The position numbers were made by a program, and so were the translations under genes. From IMG/VR virus record IMGVR_UViG_3300048591_000147, positions 250,957 to 314,956 of that record: a DNA stretch of 64,000 nucleotides, one strand, 5' to 3'. The notes under the pieces were generated by a model. The model was not told the DNA's origin. It ran no database searches and worked only from the letters and a program-made list of their open reading frames with translations. Below, in pieces: positions 1 through 10,510 of this stretch. Each line of letters opens with the position of its first letter. The stretch's first letter is position 1.

Positions 1-1
1 T

Positions 2-1024
2 AGCGTAACCGACAAAAACTATACAGACTCTAAAGCAGGATGGAAGGGCAATTTTCATCACTCTTTTGCAGCGACCGTTATTGAATTGGAAGATGATGGC
101 ACGTTCCATCTAAGACAGATAAACGCGGATGATATTGATGGATCATTTTATGACCTCAATAGATTTTACAACGGTGCTGCGGTATCAGAATCGACAATAT
201 CTGCGCTGGTCACTGGTGACGAGCATGCCATTTTCGCAGATGATAAGGTAAAGCACGCGACATACTTAGATGATAACAGTATAGTAAAAATGCTCAAACC
301 TAAGTCCATCGTAAGACATGACTCGACCGACTTCTATTCAAGATCGCATCACCACAATTCAAATTTCTTGCTACAGTATGCAAAGCATTTATATGCTAAG
401 GATGCCAATAACAAGAATACGGTTGCTAGAAATAATGTAGAAGCTGAATTACAGATAACGGCTGATTACATAGACGAAACCACTCCAGCATTTGCGCAAA
501 ACATAATTGTTAAGTCGAATCATGATGAGGCATTTGACAGATGGTTGAGCGAATGTAATCCAAAAGACGATCCTGAAAACGCCATGTTCTACTTTTACAT
601 GCGTTATAACCAATACAAATATGTAACGCCAACAGAGACTGGCTTTACTTCGATAGACCCATTTGAATTTTGGTGTTCGAATCCTGAGTCACAGACTGGA
701 TTAAAGTGCGTTGATCAAACTACGTTTCTAAATCGTGACCAAGATTATATGATCGAAGGTATCGAAGTTGGTTTCCATGGTGATGTTGGTCCAAATGGTT
801 CACGAGGAAATATAAAACAATTTAGTAAGATCGGTCCTAAAACCATCATAGCGCACTCTCATAGTTGCGGTATCTACGAAGGATGTTTCCAAGTAGGTGT
901 TAGCGCTAAATTGAACCTAGAATATAGAAAAGGTCCATCGTCATGGTTGCACACTCATTGTATAATTTATCCAAATGGATCTAGAACTTTAATTAATATA
1001 ATCAACGGGAAATGGAAGATATGA
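2..1024 (+). CDS. T5 A1-like protein (5'-truncated by window edge)
   Basis: Frame open from base 2 (SVTDKNYTDSKAGWKGNFHHSF...); motifs HGDVGPNGSRG, AHSHS, SSWLHTHCIIYPNG recalled from the T5 A1-like family. Confidence 0.6.
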   Translation, partial: SVTDKNYTDSKAGWKGNFHHSFAATVIELEDDGTFHLRQINADDIDGSFYDLNRFYNGAAVSESTISALVTGDEHAIFADDKVKHATYLDDNSIVKMLKPKSIVRHDSTDFYSRSHHHNSNFLLQYAKHLYAKDANNKNTVARNNVEAELQITADYIDETTPAFAQNIIVKSNHDEAFDRWLSECNPKDDPENAMFYFYMRYNQYKYVTPTETGFTSIDPFEFWCSNPESQTGLKCVDQTTFLNRDQDYMIEGIEVGFHGDVGPNGSRGNIKQFSKIGPKTIIAHSHSCGIYEGCFQVGVSAKLNLEYRKGPSSWLHTHCIIYPNGSRTLINIINGKWKI

Positions 1025-1683
1025 AAAATGTAAAAATGAAGGTGACACACAATACACAAATAGAAACGGTTACATGCCATGAAATGGTGTGCGATCCTAA
1101 AGCGGTGTCGGCACAAGTAAGTTTGAGTGATATAAAAAATCTGTTTCTTGGTCAAACATATGAATTAGAATATGAGTATGACGACCTAGTAACTAAATGT
1201 TATAAAGCTAAAATCGTAAAATATCAGATCGATGATGAATTCCCAAGCAGATCATTCATCAAGTTCATATACGAATCCACCGTGGTGAGTAAGAGTAAGT
1301 TTAAGGTTTTGAAAGAAACCGTATCAACGCTATTAAATGGATCTGAGTCTAGATTAATATGTTTAAATCTTGATAGACATGCGGGCCATACGTCAACGTT
1401 ATTGTGGCTCTTAAATAAAGATCCAGACGCAATTCTTTTGGTCCAAACCTTGGATCTTAAAGAACGTGCTAAACGTTTAGCACATGAACTTCAATTATAT
1501 GACGTAAGGACAAGTAATATCGTAGTGGTGAATGACAAGACCGATTTATCTTCATTATTTGAAGGTAGGAAATTTAGTAAGATACTCATAGACGATTTTT
1601 CACTGTTTACAAAAACTCGTATAGGACAAATTTTCTATAATACAAGATATGATGAATCGGTAAGATATGTCTGTTTAGGTTGA
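1012..1683 (+). CDS. hypothetical protein
   Basis: 223-aa ORF overlapping the upstream stop; no recognisable motif. Confidence 0.6.
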   Translation: MEDMKNVKMKVTHNTQIETVTCHEMVCDPKAVSAQVSLSDIKNLFLGQTYELEYEYDDLVTKCYKAKIVKYQIDDEFPSRSFIKFIYESTVVSKSKFKVLKETVSTLLNGSESRLICLNLDRHAGHTSTLLWLLNKDPDAILLVQTLDLKERAKRLAHELQLYDVRTSNIVVVNDKTDLSSLFEGRKFSKILIDDFSLFTKTRIGQIFYNTRYDESVRYVCLG

Positions 1684-1730
1684 TGACACAGCATTTCTGC
1701 GGTCATATATAATCTCAAAAGGATTAAGAT

Positions 1731-2714
1731 ATGACCGCAGAAATAGATATAGAAGATTATAAATCACAATACAATGAAAGAGAATGGGCGATAGCAAAAC
1801 CATTGTTAAGTAACGCTTATAGAAGTGTTACTGGTACGTATACAATATTAAACAACTACCCATCAGTTAAATTAGATACTGTATTAAGATTGACAAATGC
1901 CACGATTAAAAAACTATTATTCTTTACAAATATTGTCGGCATACAATCAATGCAGGGTCCAGTTGGCCTTATATATCTTATGGATTATTATTCCAAACCC
2001 AATGCCATGCAATTGAAATCAAGCGCGGTCGAGGCTAAATCACGAAAAATGAGAGCGGGCTGGTATATCGAAGCAGTACAAGATGCTAAAGCTCTTCATG
2101 GACAATCAACCGAGGCGGTATTCGAAGACGCACTCGCACAAGAAATTATCGTAGAGTATACCGATATGATCTTGGAATCACTAAGAAATGCAGCGTTTAG
2201 AACATTAGGCGCTGATATCGCACATATGTCAGTTGAAAATATAACACGTAGAATTAAATTAGAGTCTTCGTATATTCAAAACAAAGCAAGCTTTAAGAAA
2301 GGTAACTATACAATTTTGTCCAGTAAAAATTTTAAGTTACTATTTCCAGACGTTGTATTAGCTAAATCTGATATGGGAATTTTGGATAGCGGCATGACCA
2401 TCGATAATGATGATACGGATATAAAAGTTTATGTGTCGGATTTTATGGAAGATGATGTGTTAGTTGGTTTGAATGATTCTAATGGTAATACTGATGTCGG
2501 TTTTGTTTTATGTCCATATGTATTATTGCTGTGTAATATTGTATGTAAACCTGACACGATGGAGCCGTATATGTCTATTACTACTAGATATCGTATGGAA
2601 TGTACAAAAGAACGCGCAGAAAGATATTACACGGTATTTCGATTGGGTGAAAGGGTAGTGGAGCCAATAGTTGAACGATTGTTTGAAAATGATGATATGT
2701 ATAAATTGATGTAA
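1731..2714 (+). CDS. divergent gp23/gp24-like major capsid protein paralogue
   Basis: IVGIQSMQGPVGLIY (cf. gp23 VQPMxGPTGLIF), LAQEI, FVLCPYV...EPYMSITTRY (cf. YCPYV...FQPKIGFKTRY); only 327 aa. Confidence 0.6.
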   Translation: MTAEIDIEDYKSQYNEREWAIAKPLLSNAYRSVTGTYTILNNYPSVKLDTVLRLTNATIKKLLFFTNIVGIQSMQGPVGLIYLMDYYSKPNAMQLKSSAVEAKSRKMRAGWYIEAVQDAKALHGQSTEAVFEDALAQEIIVEYTDMILESLRNAAFRTLGADIAHMSVENITRRIKLESSYIQNKASFKKGNYTILSSKNFKLLFPDVVLAKSDMGILDSGMTIDNDDTDIKVYVSDFMEDDVLVGLNDSNGNTDVGFVLCPYVLLLCNIVCKPDTMEPYMSITTRYRMECTKERAERYYTVFRLGERVVEPIVERLFENDDMYKLM

Positions 2715-2759
2715 CAATGTAAGTGGAACACCATTAAAATCCCATCATATATAATTTAT

Positions 2760-3020
2760 ATGATGGGATTTTTTATGAAAAAAATAAAACAAGTTGACGA
2801 CAAATTACAAAAAGAGAAAGCAGAAAAAGAGCGAATTGAGAAGTTACAGCGAGAGCATGCCGAGAAATTACAAAAAGAATATGCAGCAAAAGTAGCAGCA
2901 CAAAAGAAATGGCTAGACTCTTTAGAATATCCGCACGAGATACATAATCCGGCGTCTTCGCAGGAAGATTTTTTTGTTAGTTACTGGAAAGAAAATAACA
3001 ACAGGATTATTGAGAGATGA
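2760..3020 (+). CDS. hypothetical protein (charged coiled coil)
   Basis: 86-aa ORF whose stop overlaps the terminase start (ATGA). Confidence 0.5.
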   Translation: MMGFFMKKIKQVDDKLQKEKAEKERIEKLQREHAEKLQKEYAAKVAAQKKWLDSLEYPHEIHNPASSQEDFFVSYWKENNNRIIER

Positions 3021-4579
3021 GTAGGAGAGTTTATGGCATTAAAAAGGCCAATGAGCCAGTTGCGTATGATGTCGATAAGGCAAGAGAACTTGCCAAGTGT
3101 GCTAGAGATCCAATATATTTCATCAAGAATTATGTAAAAACACAACACCCTATATTGGGGTTCTTACCATTTAAGCTTTATGATTATCAGGAAGAAATGA
3201 TAAGAAGTTTTATGACCAATACCAAGCTGATCGTTCGTTCTGGGCGACAAACTGGTAAGACGGTTACGGTATGTTCATACTTATTATGGTTCGCAATGTT
3301 TAATGAGCACAAGACGGTGTTATGTGTCTCTAAGGACGCGGATGCCGCTAAAGTAATTGTCAATCTTATCCAAAAAATGTATCTGGAAGTGCCAGACTTT
3401 TTAAAGTGTGGTGTCGCAGATGATGACTGGAACAAACACACTGCCAAATTCGACAATGGCTCTATGATAGTTTCATTAGCTACATCAGAAACTGCTGGTC
3501 GTGGTCGCTCAATAAGTCTGTTATATGCTGACGAAATAGCATTCGTTAGACCGGCAATCCAAGAACTATTTTGGACATCAATTCAGCCGACACTATCCAC
3601 GGGCGGATCATGTATTGTGACTTCTACCCCTAATGGTGATACAGATTTATTTTCTAAATTGTGGAGGGGCGCAGAGCTTGGAGCAAATGATTTCAAATAT
3701 ATCTATGTGCCATGGAATTCACCACCCGGTCGTGATGATGAATTCAAGCGCAAAGAAATAGCAAATATTGGCGAGCGCAAATGGCGTCAGGAGTATGAGT
3801 GTGAATTCATTACATCTGAAGGTACATTGGTCGATGATTTGATTATTAAGAATTTGAAGAAAATTGTAGAAGACAAAGTACCCGTAATGGAGATTGCTGG
3901 CGAAAAGCTATGGGTGAATATAAATCCAAGAAGATCATATATTATCGCATGTGACCCCGGTACTGGCACAGGACTGGATAATTCTGCAATTCAAGTAGTC
4001 GAATTTCCAACGATGGTCCAAGTATTAGAAAGCGCTACCAATACATTAGATTCTGCGACAGTCTATTCTAAGATTAAGAATATCGCAAGGTACATTACAT
4101 CGTTCGGTGCGGATGTATTCTTTTGCTTTGAGCAGAACGGTGTTGGTGAAGGTATTGCCGCGTTATATACGACAGATGAACAGCCAATTGAAGCCGTATT
4201 ATTAACATCACAGACTGGTAAAGACGGTAAGAAGCGATTAGGATATGTGACTGACATAAGGAACAAAGTGAAATTCTGTTTAAGACTGAAGAAAGTTATT
4301 GAGTCAGAGATTCTCAAAATAAACTCAGTAGACTTTTTGGTCGAACTTCAGCGCTTCGTTAGAGATGGGCATACATATTCAGCACAGCCGGGTGCCACGG
4401 ACGATAGAATCATGGCAATGATATTGGTTCTGAGAGCGGTAGAGCAAATGGCAGAATATGATGAGAACGCATACACGATATGCTATTCATTCCATAACGA
4501 ACAACAAGAAGACTGGAATGGCTTTCATAATAAACCGGAAGAAGAAGACGATTTATTACCATTACCAATGTTCGGGTAA
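3017..4579 (+). CDS. terL: terminase large subunit (T4 gp17-like)
   Basis: RQTGKT Walker A, LLYADEIAF Walker B, TSTPNG coupling motif, nuclease motifs ACDPGTG and DDRIMA. Confidence 0.95.
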   Translation: MSRRVYGIKKANEPVAYDVDKARELAKCARDPIYFIKNYVKTQHPILGFLPFKLYDYQEEMIRSFMTNTKLIVRSGRQTGKTVTVCSYLLWFAMFNEHKTVLCVSKDADAAKVIVNLIQKMYLEVPDFLKCGVADDDWNKHTAKFDNGSMIVSLATSETAGRGRSISLLYADEIAFVRPAIQELFWTSIQPTLSTGGSCIVTSTPNGDTDLFSKLWRGAELGANDFKYIYVPWNSPPGRDDEFKRKEIANIGERKWRQEYECEFITSEGTLVDDLIIKNLKKIVEDKVPVMEIAGEKLWVNINPRRSYIIACDPGTGTGLDNSAIQVVEFPTMVQVLESATNTLDSATVYSKIKNIARYITSFGADVFFCFEQNGVGEGIAALYTTDEQPIEAVLLTSQTGKDGKKRLGYVTDIRNKVKFCLRLKKVIESEILKINSVDFLVELQRFVRDGHTYSAQPGATDDRIMAMILVLRAVEQMAEYDENAYTICYSFHNEQQEDWNGFHNKPEEEDDLLPLPMFG

Positions 4580-4584
4580 GAATT

Positions 4585-4592
4585 GATAAATA
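4585..4592 (+). promoter_or_regulatory. T4-like late promoter core (GATAAATA)
   Basis: NATAAATA just upstream of the 4599 start; the same octamer recurs before many genes. Confidence 0.5.
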
Positions 4593-4598
4593 TATCTT

Positions 4599-5114
4599 AT
4601 GAATGAATTACAGATACAAGAATCCACAATACATCAGCTTAAGTCTACTGTTAATGTATTTTTCGATAACCAGCGAAATCAAAAGTCGCGACAGGTTACT
4701 GTTTCCGATATTAAATATATTGAAATAGTAAACAAGGCAGAACTGGAGGTTAAGGCGAAAACTAGAACAAATACAAACACATATGACACAACTATAATCT
4801 TTACTGGTGTAAAGTTCTTGGAGAAAGATGACAAGCGCTCTAAGACGCAAGTGTTCGGTTCTAATGGTATGAATTACTATATGGTCCCAATAAAGAAGAA
4901 CTTGTCTGAAGTGAGAGTATCTTGTTCTTGTTTGGATTTTTACTACATGTTCTCTGTATGGAATCATAAACAGGGATCATTAGATGGTGATGCTCCGAAG
5001 CCTTACATTAAGACAACTAACAGACCAGTTCGTAACCCTCAGAAGGTTGATGGCATGTGCAAACATATAATAAGATTATCTGATGAATGCATTCGAGTTG
5101 GAATATTGCGTTGA
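4599..5114 (+). CDS. SWIM-type zinc-finger protein
   Basis: VSCSCLDF...MCKHI (CxC...CxH). Confidence 0.6.
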   Translation: MNELQIQESTIHQLKSTVNVFFDNQRNQKSRQVTVSDIKYIEIVNKAELEVKAKTRTNTNTYDTTIIFTGVKFLEKDDKRSKTQVFGSNGMNYYMVPIKKNLSEVRVSCSCLDFYYMFSVWNHKQGSLDGDAPKPYIKTTNRPVRNPQKVDGMCKHIIRLSDECIRVGILR

Positions 5115-5165
5115 GAAAATGATAAATAGATGTATGGATGTATTAAAATACATTCTATATTGAAA

Positions 5166-5194
5166 TTGACACAGTTAAAATTTCAAGTTAATAT
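5166..5194 (+). promoter_or_regulatory. sigma70-like promoter for ssb
   Basis: TTGACA-17 nt-TAATAT. Confidence 0.55.
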
Positions 5195-5259
5195 GAAACT
5201 GTAGTAGATTGAATAGATTGATTAATAAACGTTTTTATAGACTGATAAAGGAGATTGAT

Positions 5260-6180
5260 ATGTCAAGAAAAACAATAGCTGAATTAAGAGCATACTTAAA
5301 GCAGGAAACAGAAAAAAAGACTGGCGACTTCACCCAAAATAGAGAAATATACCCATTTTGGAATATGCCTGTCGGCTCTGTCGCAAGAATACGAATTCTT
5401 CCAGACGCAAATGAAGATAATCCACGCACATTTTATGAATATAAGTATAATCATAATTTGATCATCAAAGGTAAGAAAAGAAACGTTCAGTGCCTCTCAC
5501 AGTATGGTGAGAAGTGTCCTATTTGTGAATTGAGTAGAGCGTTTTACAAGGAACAGGGTAAAGAGTCAAAGGAAGGTAAGTTCTTTTACAGAAAGAAGAG
5601 TGCATTAGTTAGCATTCTAGTATTAGACGATCCACTTCCACCCGATCCAGAAACTGGTGAAACATATAAAGGTAAGGTGACTAAGACTATTTTAGGAAAC
5701 CAGCTTTTGACTAAAATGCTTTCGTCCATAACTGACGTACTAGAACCGATGGAAAATGATCCTTGGGATTTTGATAAGGGTTATGACTTCTTCATCAAGA
5801 AAGGTCAAAGCGGTTCACACGCAACGTATGACGTCGAATCCAAGTTCGCTACTCGTAGCTCACCGATTCCGGCTGAATACAGAGAGTCGATCCAGTTAGT
5901 CGATCTTGCATCATGCTTAGCGCCAAATCCCGGTTTCGAAAAGATTGAAGCGCTGTTGAATAACCATTTGCATGGTTCTGATATCGAAGACGAAGCAGGC
6001 ATAGAAAAGGATAGCGAAGTGGAAACACCAGCACACGTTAATTCTGCGCCAGCCCAAGCAGCGGCACCAGCGGCAAAGGTTACCAAGCCAGTCGTAGATG
6101 CAGAAACACCAGCAGAACCAGCATTGTCTGAGCTAGAATTGATTGCAAACATCAAGAATAGATTTAAGAAAGCAGGTTGA
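5260..6180 (+). CDS. single-stranded DNA-binding protein (gp32-like)
   Basis: YPFW...RIRILPD, CLSQYGEKCPICE zinc site, acidic/Ala-Pro C-terminus; AAGGAG SD before ATG 5260; position before uvsX. Confidence 0.85.
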   Translation: MSRKTIAELRAYLKQETEKKTGDFTQNREIYPFWNMPVGSVARIRILPDANEDNPRTFYEYKYNHNLIIKGKKRNVQCLSQYGEKCPICELSRAFYKEQGKESKEGKFFYRKKSALVSILVLDDPLPPDPETGETYKGKVTKTILGNQLLTKMLSSITDVLEPMENDPWDFDKGYDFFIKKGQSGSHATYDVESKFATRSSPIPAEYRESIQLVDLASCLAPNPGFEKIEALLNNHLHGSDIEDEAGIEKDSEVETPAHVNSAPAQAAAPAAKVTKPVVDAETPAEPALSELELIANIKNRFKKAG

Positions 6181-6195
6181 TTAAACAGTTGGACC

Positions 6196-6234
6196 AAAGG
6201 CGCAATAGTTAATGCTTAGCTATTGCGCCTTTTT
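6196..6234 (+). terminator. intrinsic terminator
   Basis: AAAGGCGCAATAG / CTATTGCGCCTTT stem followed by a T run. Confidence 0.85.
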
Positions 6235-6251
6235 CATTAAAGGAATTTAAT

Positions 6252-7328
6252 ATGAGCGTATTTACAAAATACAAAAAAGATTTAGCAAAGGTGTCTGGCG
6301 TTTCTATGGGTGATGGTATTCCAAAATTCTGGATTAATACTGGAAGTTTCGTTTTAAACAAGATCATATCAGGAAAGTATGACAGAGGTATTCCTCAAGG
6401 AAGATTAACGCTATTAACAGGACCATCGGGGTCTGGAAAGTCCTTCGTTCTCGCGAACATAATAGCATCTGCACAAAAAAGTGATTGCTCCGTTCTAGTA
6501 GTAGATACAGAAAACGCATTAGACTTTGATTATCTGAGTGCAGTAGGCGTTGATGTTACTCAGGAAGACTTCTTAAGAATCACTGTGAATGAGGTTAATA
6601 CATGCTTAACAGCTATTAACACCATTCTCTCAGTGTACAGAGAAGCTGAGAAAAATGGTGAGCCGATGAAGAAGCTTATTATCTTTATAGATTCATTGGA
6701 CTTTCTATTTTTGACGCATGCATTAGAAGCATATGAAAAAACGGGTGAATTAAATAATGATCAGGGATTACATGCCAAGAAATTAAAGCAGTTGTTAACT
6801 ACATTGATGCAGGATATTCAAGAAATGCCAGTAGCAATTGTTGCCACAAAACAGGTGTATGTCGATCAAGATCCTAAAGCATTCCCACCATTCAAATTAA
6901 CGGAATCGCTGAAATTCCCATTCTCTCAGATAATTCTATTATCTAGATACTTTGAAAGAGATGCGAAAACTAGAAGCATTGACGGTATCAGAATGAAGGC
7001 GTTCGGATGGAAGGTTAGATTTACAAAACCATTCCAACAAGTCGAATTGACAGTGCCGTATGATACTGGGTTAGATCCATACGATGGTATCTTATCAGCG
7101 GCTGTATCATTGGGTATCATTACTAAGAATGGGTCGTGGTATCAGTATAAAGGAAAGAATTTCTACTCAAAGGATTTCAATACGATTCAGGAAGAAATCT
7201 TAGCAATATTGATCTCTAGAGAATCGGAGTCATTATGCGTTCAATTAGAAGGCGTAGAAGATTTACCAGCTTCGACACCAGACGACATAAAGAGACAGAA
7301 ATTAGAAGAAATCTCGCTAAGAGACTAA
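6252..7328 (+). CDS. uvsX: RecA/UvsX-like recombinase
   Basis: INTGSFVLNKIISG, GPSGSGKS Walker A, VDTENALD, FIDSL, KNGSWY. Confidence 0.93.
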   Translation: MSVFTKYKKDLAKVSGVSMGDGIPKFWINTGSFVLNKIISGKYDRGIPQGRLTLLTGPSGSGKSFVLANIIASAQKSDCSVLVVDTENALDFDYLSAVGVDVTQEDFLRITVNEVNTCLTAINTILSVYREAEKNGEPMKKLIIFIDSLDFLFLTHALEAYEKTGELNNDQGLHAKKLKQLLTTLMQDIQEMPVAIVATKQVYVDQDPKAFPPFKLTESLKFPFSQIILLSRYFERDAKTRSIDGIRMKAFGWKVRFTKPFQQVELTVPYDTGLDPYDGILSAAVSLGIITKNGSWYQYKGKNFYSKDFNTIQEEILAILISRESESLCVQLEGVEDLPASTPDDIKRQKLEEISLRD

Positions 7329-7346
7329 TTTTTAATCTAAATATGC

Positions 7347-7381
7347 AAGGTGAGATGGATTAAGTTCCATCTCACCTTTTT
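7347..7381 (+). terminator. intrinsic terminator
   Basis: AAGGTGAGATGGA / TCCATCTCACCTT stem followed by a T run. Confidence 0.85.
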
Positions 7382-7396
7382 CTGGGGATACATTAT

Positions 7397-8023
7397 ATGA
7401 GTGTTATACTAACGTCGTCTTTACTGTATAAAAGAGATTTTGATTATGATGAGTTTACGCAAAACGTAATTAAAATCATTGCCGACAATATGGAAGCTGC
7501 AACAAAGTTGTTCATAAAAAAGAATAGAAGCATAACAATAAAACAGATTGATTTGAAACCAGAGGTTCTACCGGGATACGCATTCATGCAATTGGGTGTT
7601 AAACCTAATCTGGGTGATGTAGTACTGATTAACAACATTGAGATGTTGGTAGATGAAAGTAATATAAACAATATCTCACAAAATGTGCATGCGGTTATTT
7701 CGTTAAAGGCTCTAGATAGTAACTCTTCGTTGATAATGTACAAGAATTTGTGTGACGTCAAAGTTATTTTAGAATCCTCTAAAGAGGATTCAGTGGCTAA
7801 GTTACTCCAGCTAGATTTAATAGAGATGAAGGAAACTCCAGAACTCGTTAATAAGGTTCATGTAGAGATATTGGAGAATCCAGAATTTATAAATTTATTG
7901 GAAGTTTTGACTAATCCACCCGAACTGGATATAATGGGTTTTGATAAATCAAAATTGACAAAGACGCAAATAGATTTGCTGAATATAAGAAAGATAATAC
8001 AACAGGACACATTAATATCATGA
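7397..8023 (+). CDS. hypothetical protein
   Basis: 208-aa ORF coupled to uvsY. Confidence 0.6.
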   Translation: MSVILTSSLLYKRDFDYDEFTQNVIKIIADNMEAATKLFIKKNRSITIKQIDLKPEVLPGYAFMQLGVKPNLGDVVLINNIEMLVDESNINNISQNVHAVISLKALDSNSSLIMYKNLCDVKVILESSKEDSVAKLLQLDLIEMKETPELVNKVHVEILENPEFINLLEVLTNPPELDIMGFDKSKLTKTQIDLLNIRKIIQQDTLIS

Positions 8024-8484
8024 GTATCTTAGACGTCTTAAATGACGACCTATCCAATATAAATCAGGTTTTATCCGCATATGGTGATCTTTTCACGGAA
8101 GCAAAAGCGGACATATCAATCAATAATAAAACCTTGCAACAAGCTAACATGGAACAGCCATCAAACTATGCCAGATTCGATCAGATAAGGGTTGAGTTAG
8201 AGATCATAATGGAACTAGCTGATCTAAAGGTTAGCCAAGTAAGAGCGCAGGCAATGCGTCAGATTATAAAGGATGACTCAAAGCATTATGGTGAGCGTAT
8301 GTTGGACAAGATGATTGATGAGAATCCATCTTACTTAAAGTATTATAAAATTTACTTAAGGTGTAAAGAGATGTATACGAAATCAAAGTCCATCGTGGAA
8401 TCAATGTCTCAGAGAGGATATTCTCTTAACAATATAACAAAGATTAAGGTAGCAGCATTGGAAGATACTGTACTGTATGATTAA
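8020..8484 (+). CDS. uvsY: UvsY-like recombination mediator
   Basis: 154-aa helical protein ending SQRGYSLNNITKIKVA, directly upstream of uvsW. Confidence 0.65.
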   Translation: MSILDVLNDDLSNINQVLSAYGDLFTEAKADISINNKTLQQANMEQPSNYARFDQIRVELEIIMELADLKVSQVRAQAMRQIIKDDSKHYGERMLDKMIDENPSYLKYYKIYLRCKEMYTKSKSIVESMSQRGYSLNNITKIKVAALEDTVLYD

Positions 8485-9985
8485 GACTGTTACCGTAACA
8501 TATTTGGATGAAGTTAGATGTTTGTTCAGTGGTATAGCGCCAGACCACATGAAAACGCTGTGGCAGGAATATGGTATATTCGCGCCTAAGTATTTCTTTA
8601 ATCCAAATTACAAACTGAAACGATGGGATGGTAAGAAGCGATTCTTTAGTGAGACTGGGATAACATTTATAACGCTATTACCAGAAATAATAGAGTTCTT
8701 ACAGCAGCAGGGATATACCAGCTTTGCTGTTAGAGATAAGCGCAAGAAATTTGAAATAGAACTAGAACATATCACCGCAGATTATTTTTCACATAAACAG
8801 ATAACCTTAGCAGACCATCAAGTTGCAGCCATTAATGCGCTGTTTGATAACTATGGTGGAGTATTGAGAGCGGGTACGGGTGCTGGTAAAACCATAATAA
8901 CCGCCGCACTGTGTGATAAATTTAATCAAAAAAATCTCAATGCCATTGTTATCGTACCAAACTATGATCTGGTGCTACAGACAGTTGCCGCGTTTCAGCG
9001 ATGTGGTGTAGATGTCGGTGAATTTTCTGGAAAGAAAAAAGACGTCGAGCATGCCAATGTCATAAGTACTTGGCAGGCATTGCAAAACAATTCCGATGTA
9101 TTGAAGTTATTCAATGTTTTGATATTGGATGAATGTCAAGGTATTGGCGGAAACGTATTACAGAAGCTTATCACAGAAGACGGCAAACACATGCCAATTC
9201 GCATTGGTATGACTGCAACGATTCCAGACGATGAATGTAATCGCTTAACCCTTAAATGTAACATAGGCGATATCGTATATGAAGTTACCGCTGGAGAGTT
9301 GATAGAAAAGGGTTGGTTGTCTGATGTCCATATTAATTGCATAACTCTTAAAGAGGATCTTACATATGAATATAAAAAATTCAAAAGAGACAATCCAGAA
9401 GCTGACATCTCATATGCTGAATATTTTGATGGATACTTTCCAGACTTCGCATCTGAAATGGGATACTGTGTCAAGAGTGAGAATAGAAACTTAAAAATAT
9501 CTGAGTTGGTCACTAATTGTATTGATAATACGGGCAACGTGCTAATAATACTTAACTCCGTCAAACACGGAAAACATTTAGAACATTTAATACCCGGATC
9601 AGTATTCGTATATGGAAGCACCAAAACGAAAGATCGCACAAGGACGTATGCTTCCTATAAGGATAATGATAACATCATTATGATTAGTACATATAAGCTG
9701 GTGCAGGCTGGACTAGATGTTCCACGAATCTATAATTTATTCCTGATAGATGCTGGAAAGAGTTTCGTCCGCACCGTTCAATCTATTGGTAGAGGATTGA
9801 GAAAGGCTGAAGACAAAGTACACATCGAAGTGTTTGATATACACTCCAATTTTAAATATTCCACAGAGCATTTGAAAGAGCGAATCAAACATTATAAAGC
9901 TGAGAAGTTTCCATATAGTAAAGTTTCCGTAAATTTACCGCCAGTAACAAGACCAATTATAGATTCCGCTATTGACTTTGATTAA
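8477..9985 (+). CDS. uvsW: UvsW-like SF2 DNA helicase
   Basis: WDGKKRFF, GTGAGKT, LILDECQ, GMTAT, QSIGRGLR. Confidence 0.9.
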   Translation: MIKTVTVTYLDEVRCLFSGIAPDHMKTLWQEYGIFAPKYFFNPNYKLKRWDGKKRFFSETGITFITLLPEIIEFLQQQGYTSFAVRDKRKKFEIELEHITADYFSHKQITLADHQVAAINALFDNYGGVLRAGTGAGKTIITAALCDKFNQKNLNAIVIVPNYDLVLQTVAAFQRCGVDVGEFSGKKKDVEHANVISTWQALQNNSDVLKLFNVLILDECQGIGGNVLQKLITEDGKHMPIRIGMTATIPDDECNRLTLKCNIGDIVYEVTAGELIEKGWLSDVHINCITLKEDLTYEYKKFKRDNPEADISYAEYFDGYFPDFASEMGYCVKSENRNLKISELVTNCIDNTGNVLIILNSVKHGKHLEHLIPGSVFVYGSTKTKDRTRTYASYKDNDNIIMISTYKLVQAGLDVPRIYNLFLIDAGKSFVRTVQSIGRGLRKAEDKVHIEVFDIHSNFKYSTEHLKERIKHYKAEKFPYSKVSVNLPPVTRPIIDSAIDFD

Positions 9986-10024
9986 TTTTTTTGATATATT
10001 GATATTAAATACGGATAACAGTAA

Positions 10025-10510
10025 ATGATAATTTCAGACGATAATTCAAAACCAATTCTTATTGACGATTTGGAAAGTCCAATACGCAGTAATTATTTTT
10101 GGACACTAAATCTAACGGATTTGGACTTCAAATTAGCAAAGATAAAAATGCTTGAATGTATTAATACTCCAGCCTTAGTGCTAGATGTTTTGGGATATGT
10201 TATAAAAGTGCCAGCAAGCTGGCACTTTCTTATCTCTTCTGAAGACACACACGCACTAGATACTGCTTTAGTCTCGGACTTAACTAAAGGTATGTTTACA
10301 GGTCTTGTAATCAATCACAAGACAATGAATGTTAACTATATACCTATAAGATGTATAGATTATTTACCATCGGTGAACATTTATACTGTCGCATTGCATA
10401 GAAATCAAATGATATGCCATGCTCTTGGGGCTAACTATTGGGTATGTTTGTCTGGTATAGACGTATACAATAAGTATTTGAAAAAATTAACAGTATGGGA
10501 TATATTATGA
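10025..10510 (+). CDS. hypothetical protein
   Basis: 161-aa ORF in operon. Confidence 0.6.
   Translation: MIISDDNSKPILIDDLESPIRSNYFWTLNLTDLDFKLAKIKMLECINTPALVLDVLGYVIKVPASWHFLISSEDTHALDTALVSDLTKGMFTGLVINHKTMNVNYIPIRCIDYLPSVNIYTVALHRNQMICHALGANYWVCLSGIDVYNKYLKKLTVWDIL

Noticed and set aside
5805-6197. Antisense ORFs in the track (e.g. 5805-6197, 9136-9639, 21033-21338, 35247-35633, 54738-55133, 58187-58492)
   Set aside because: They lie wholly opposite well-supported genes, lack SD or motifs, and are expected shadows
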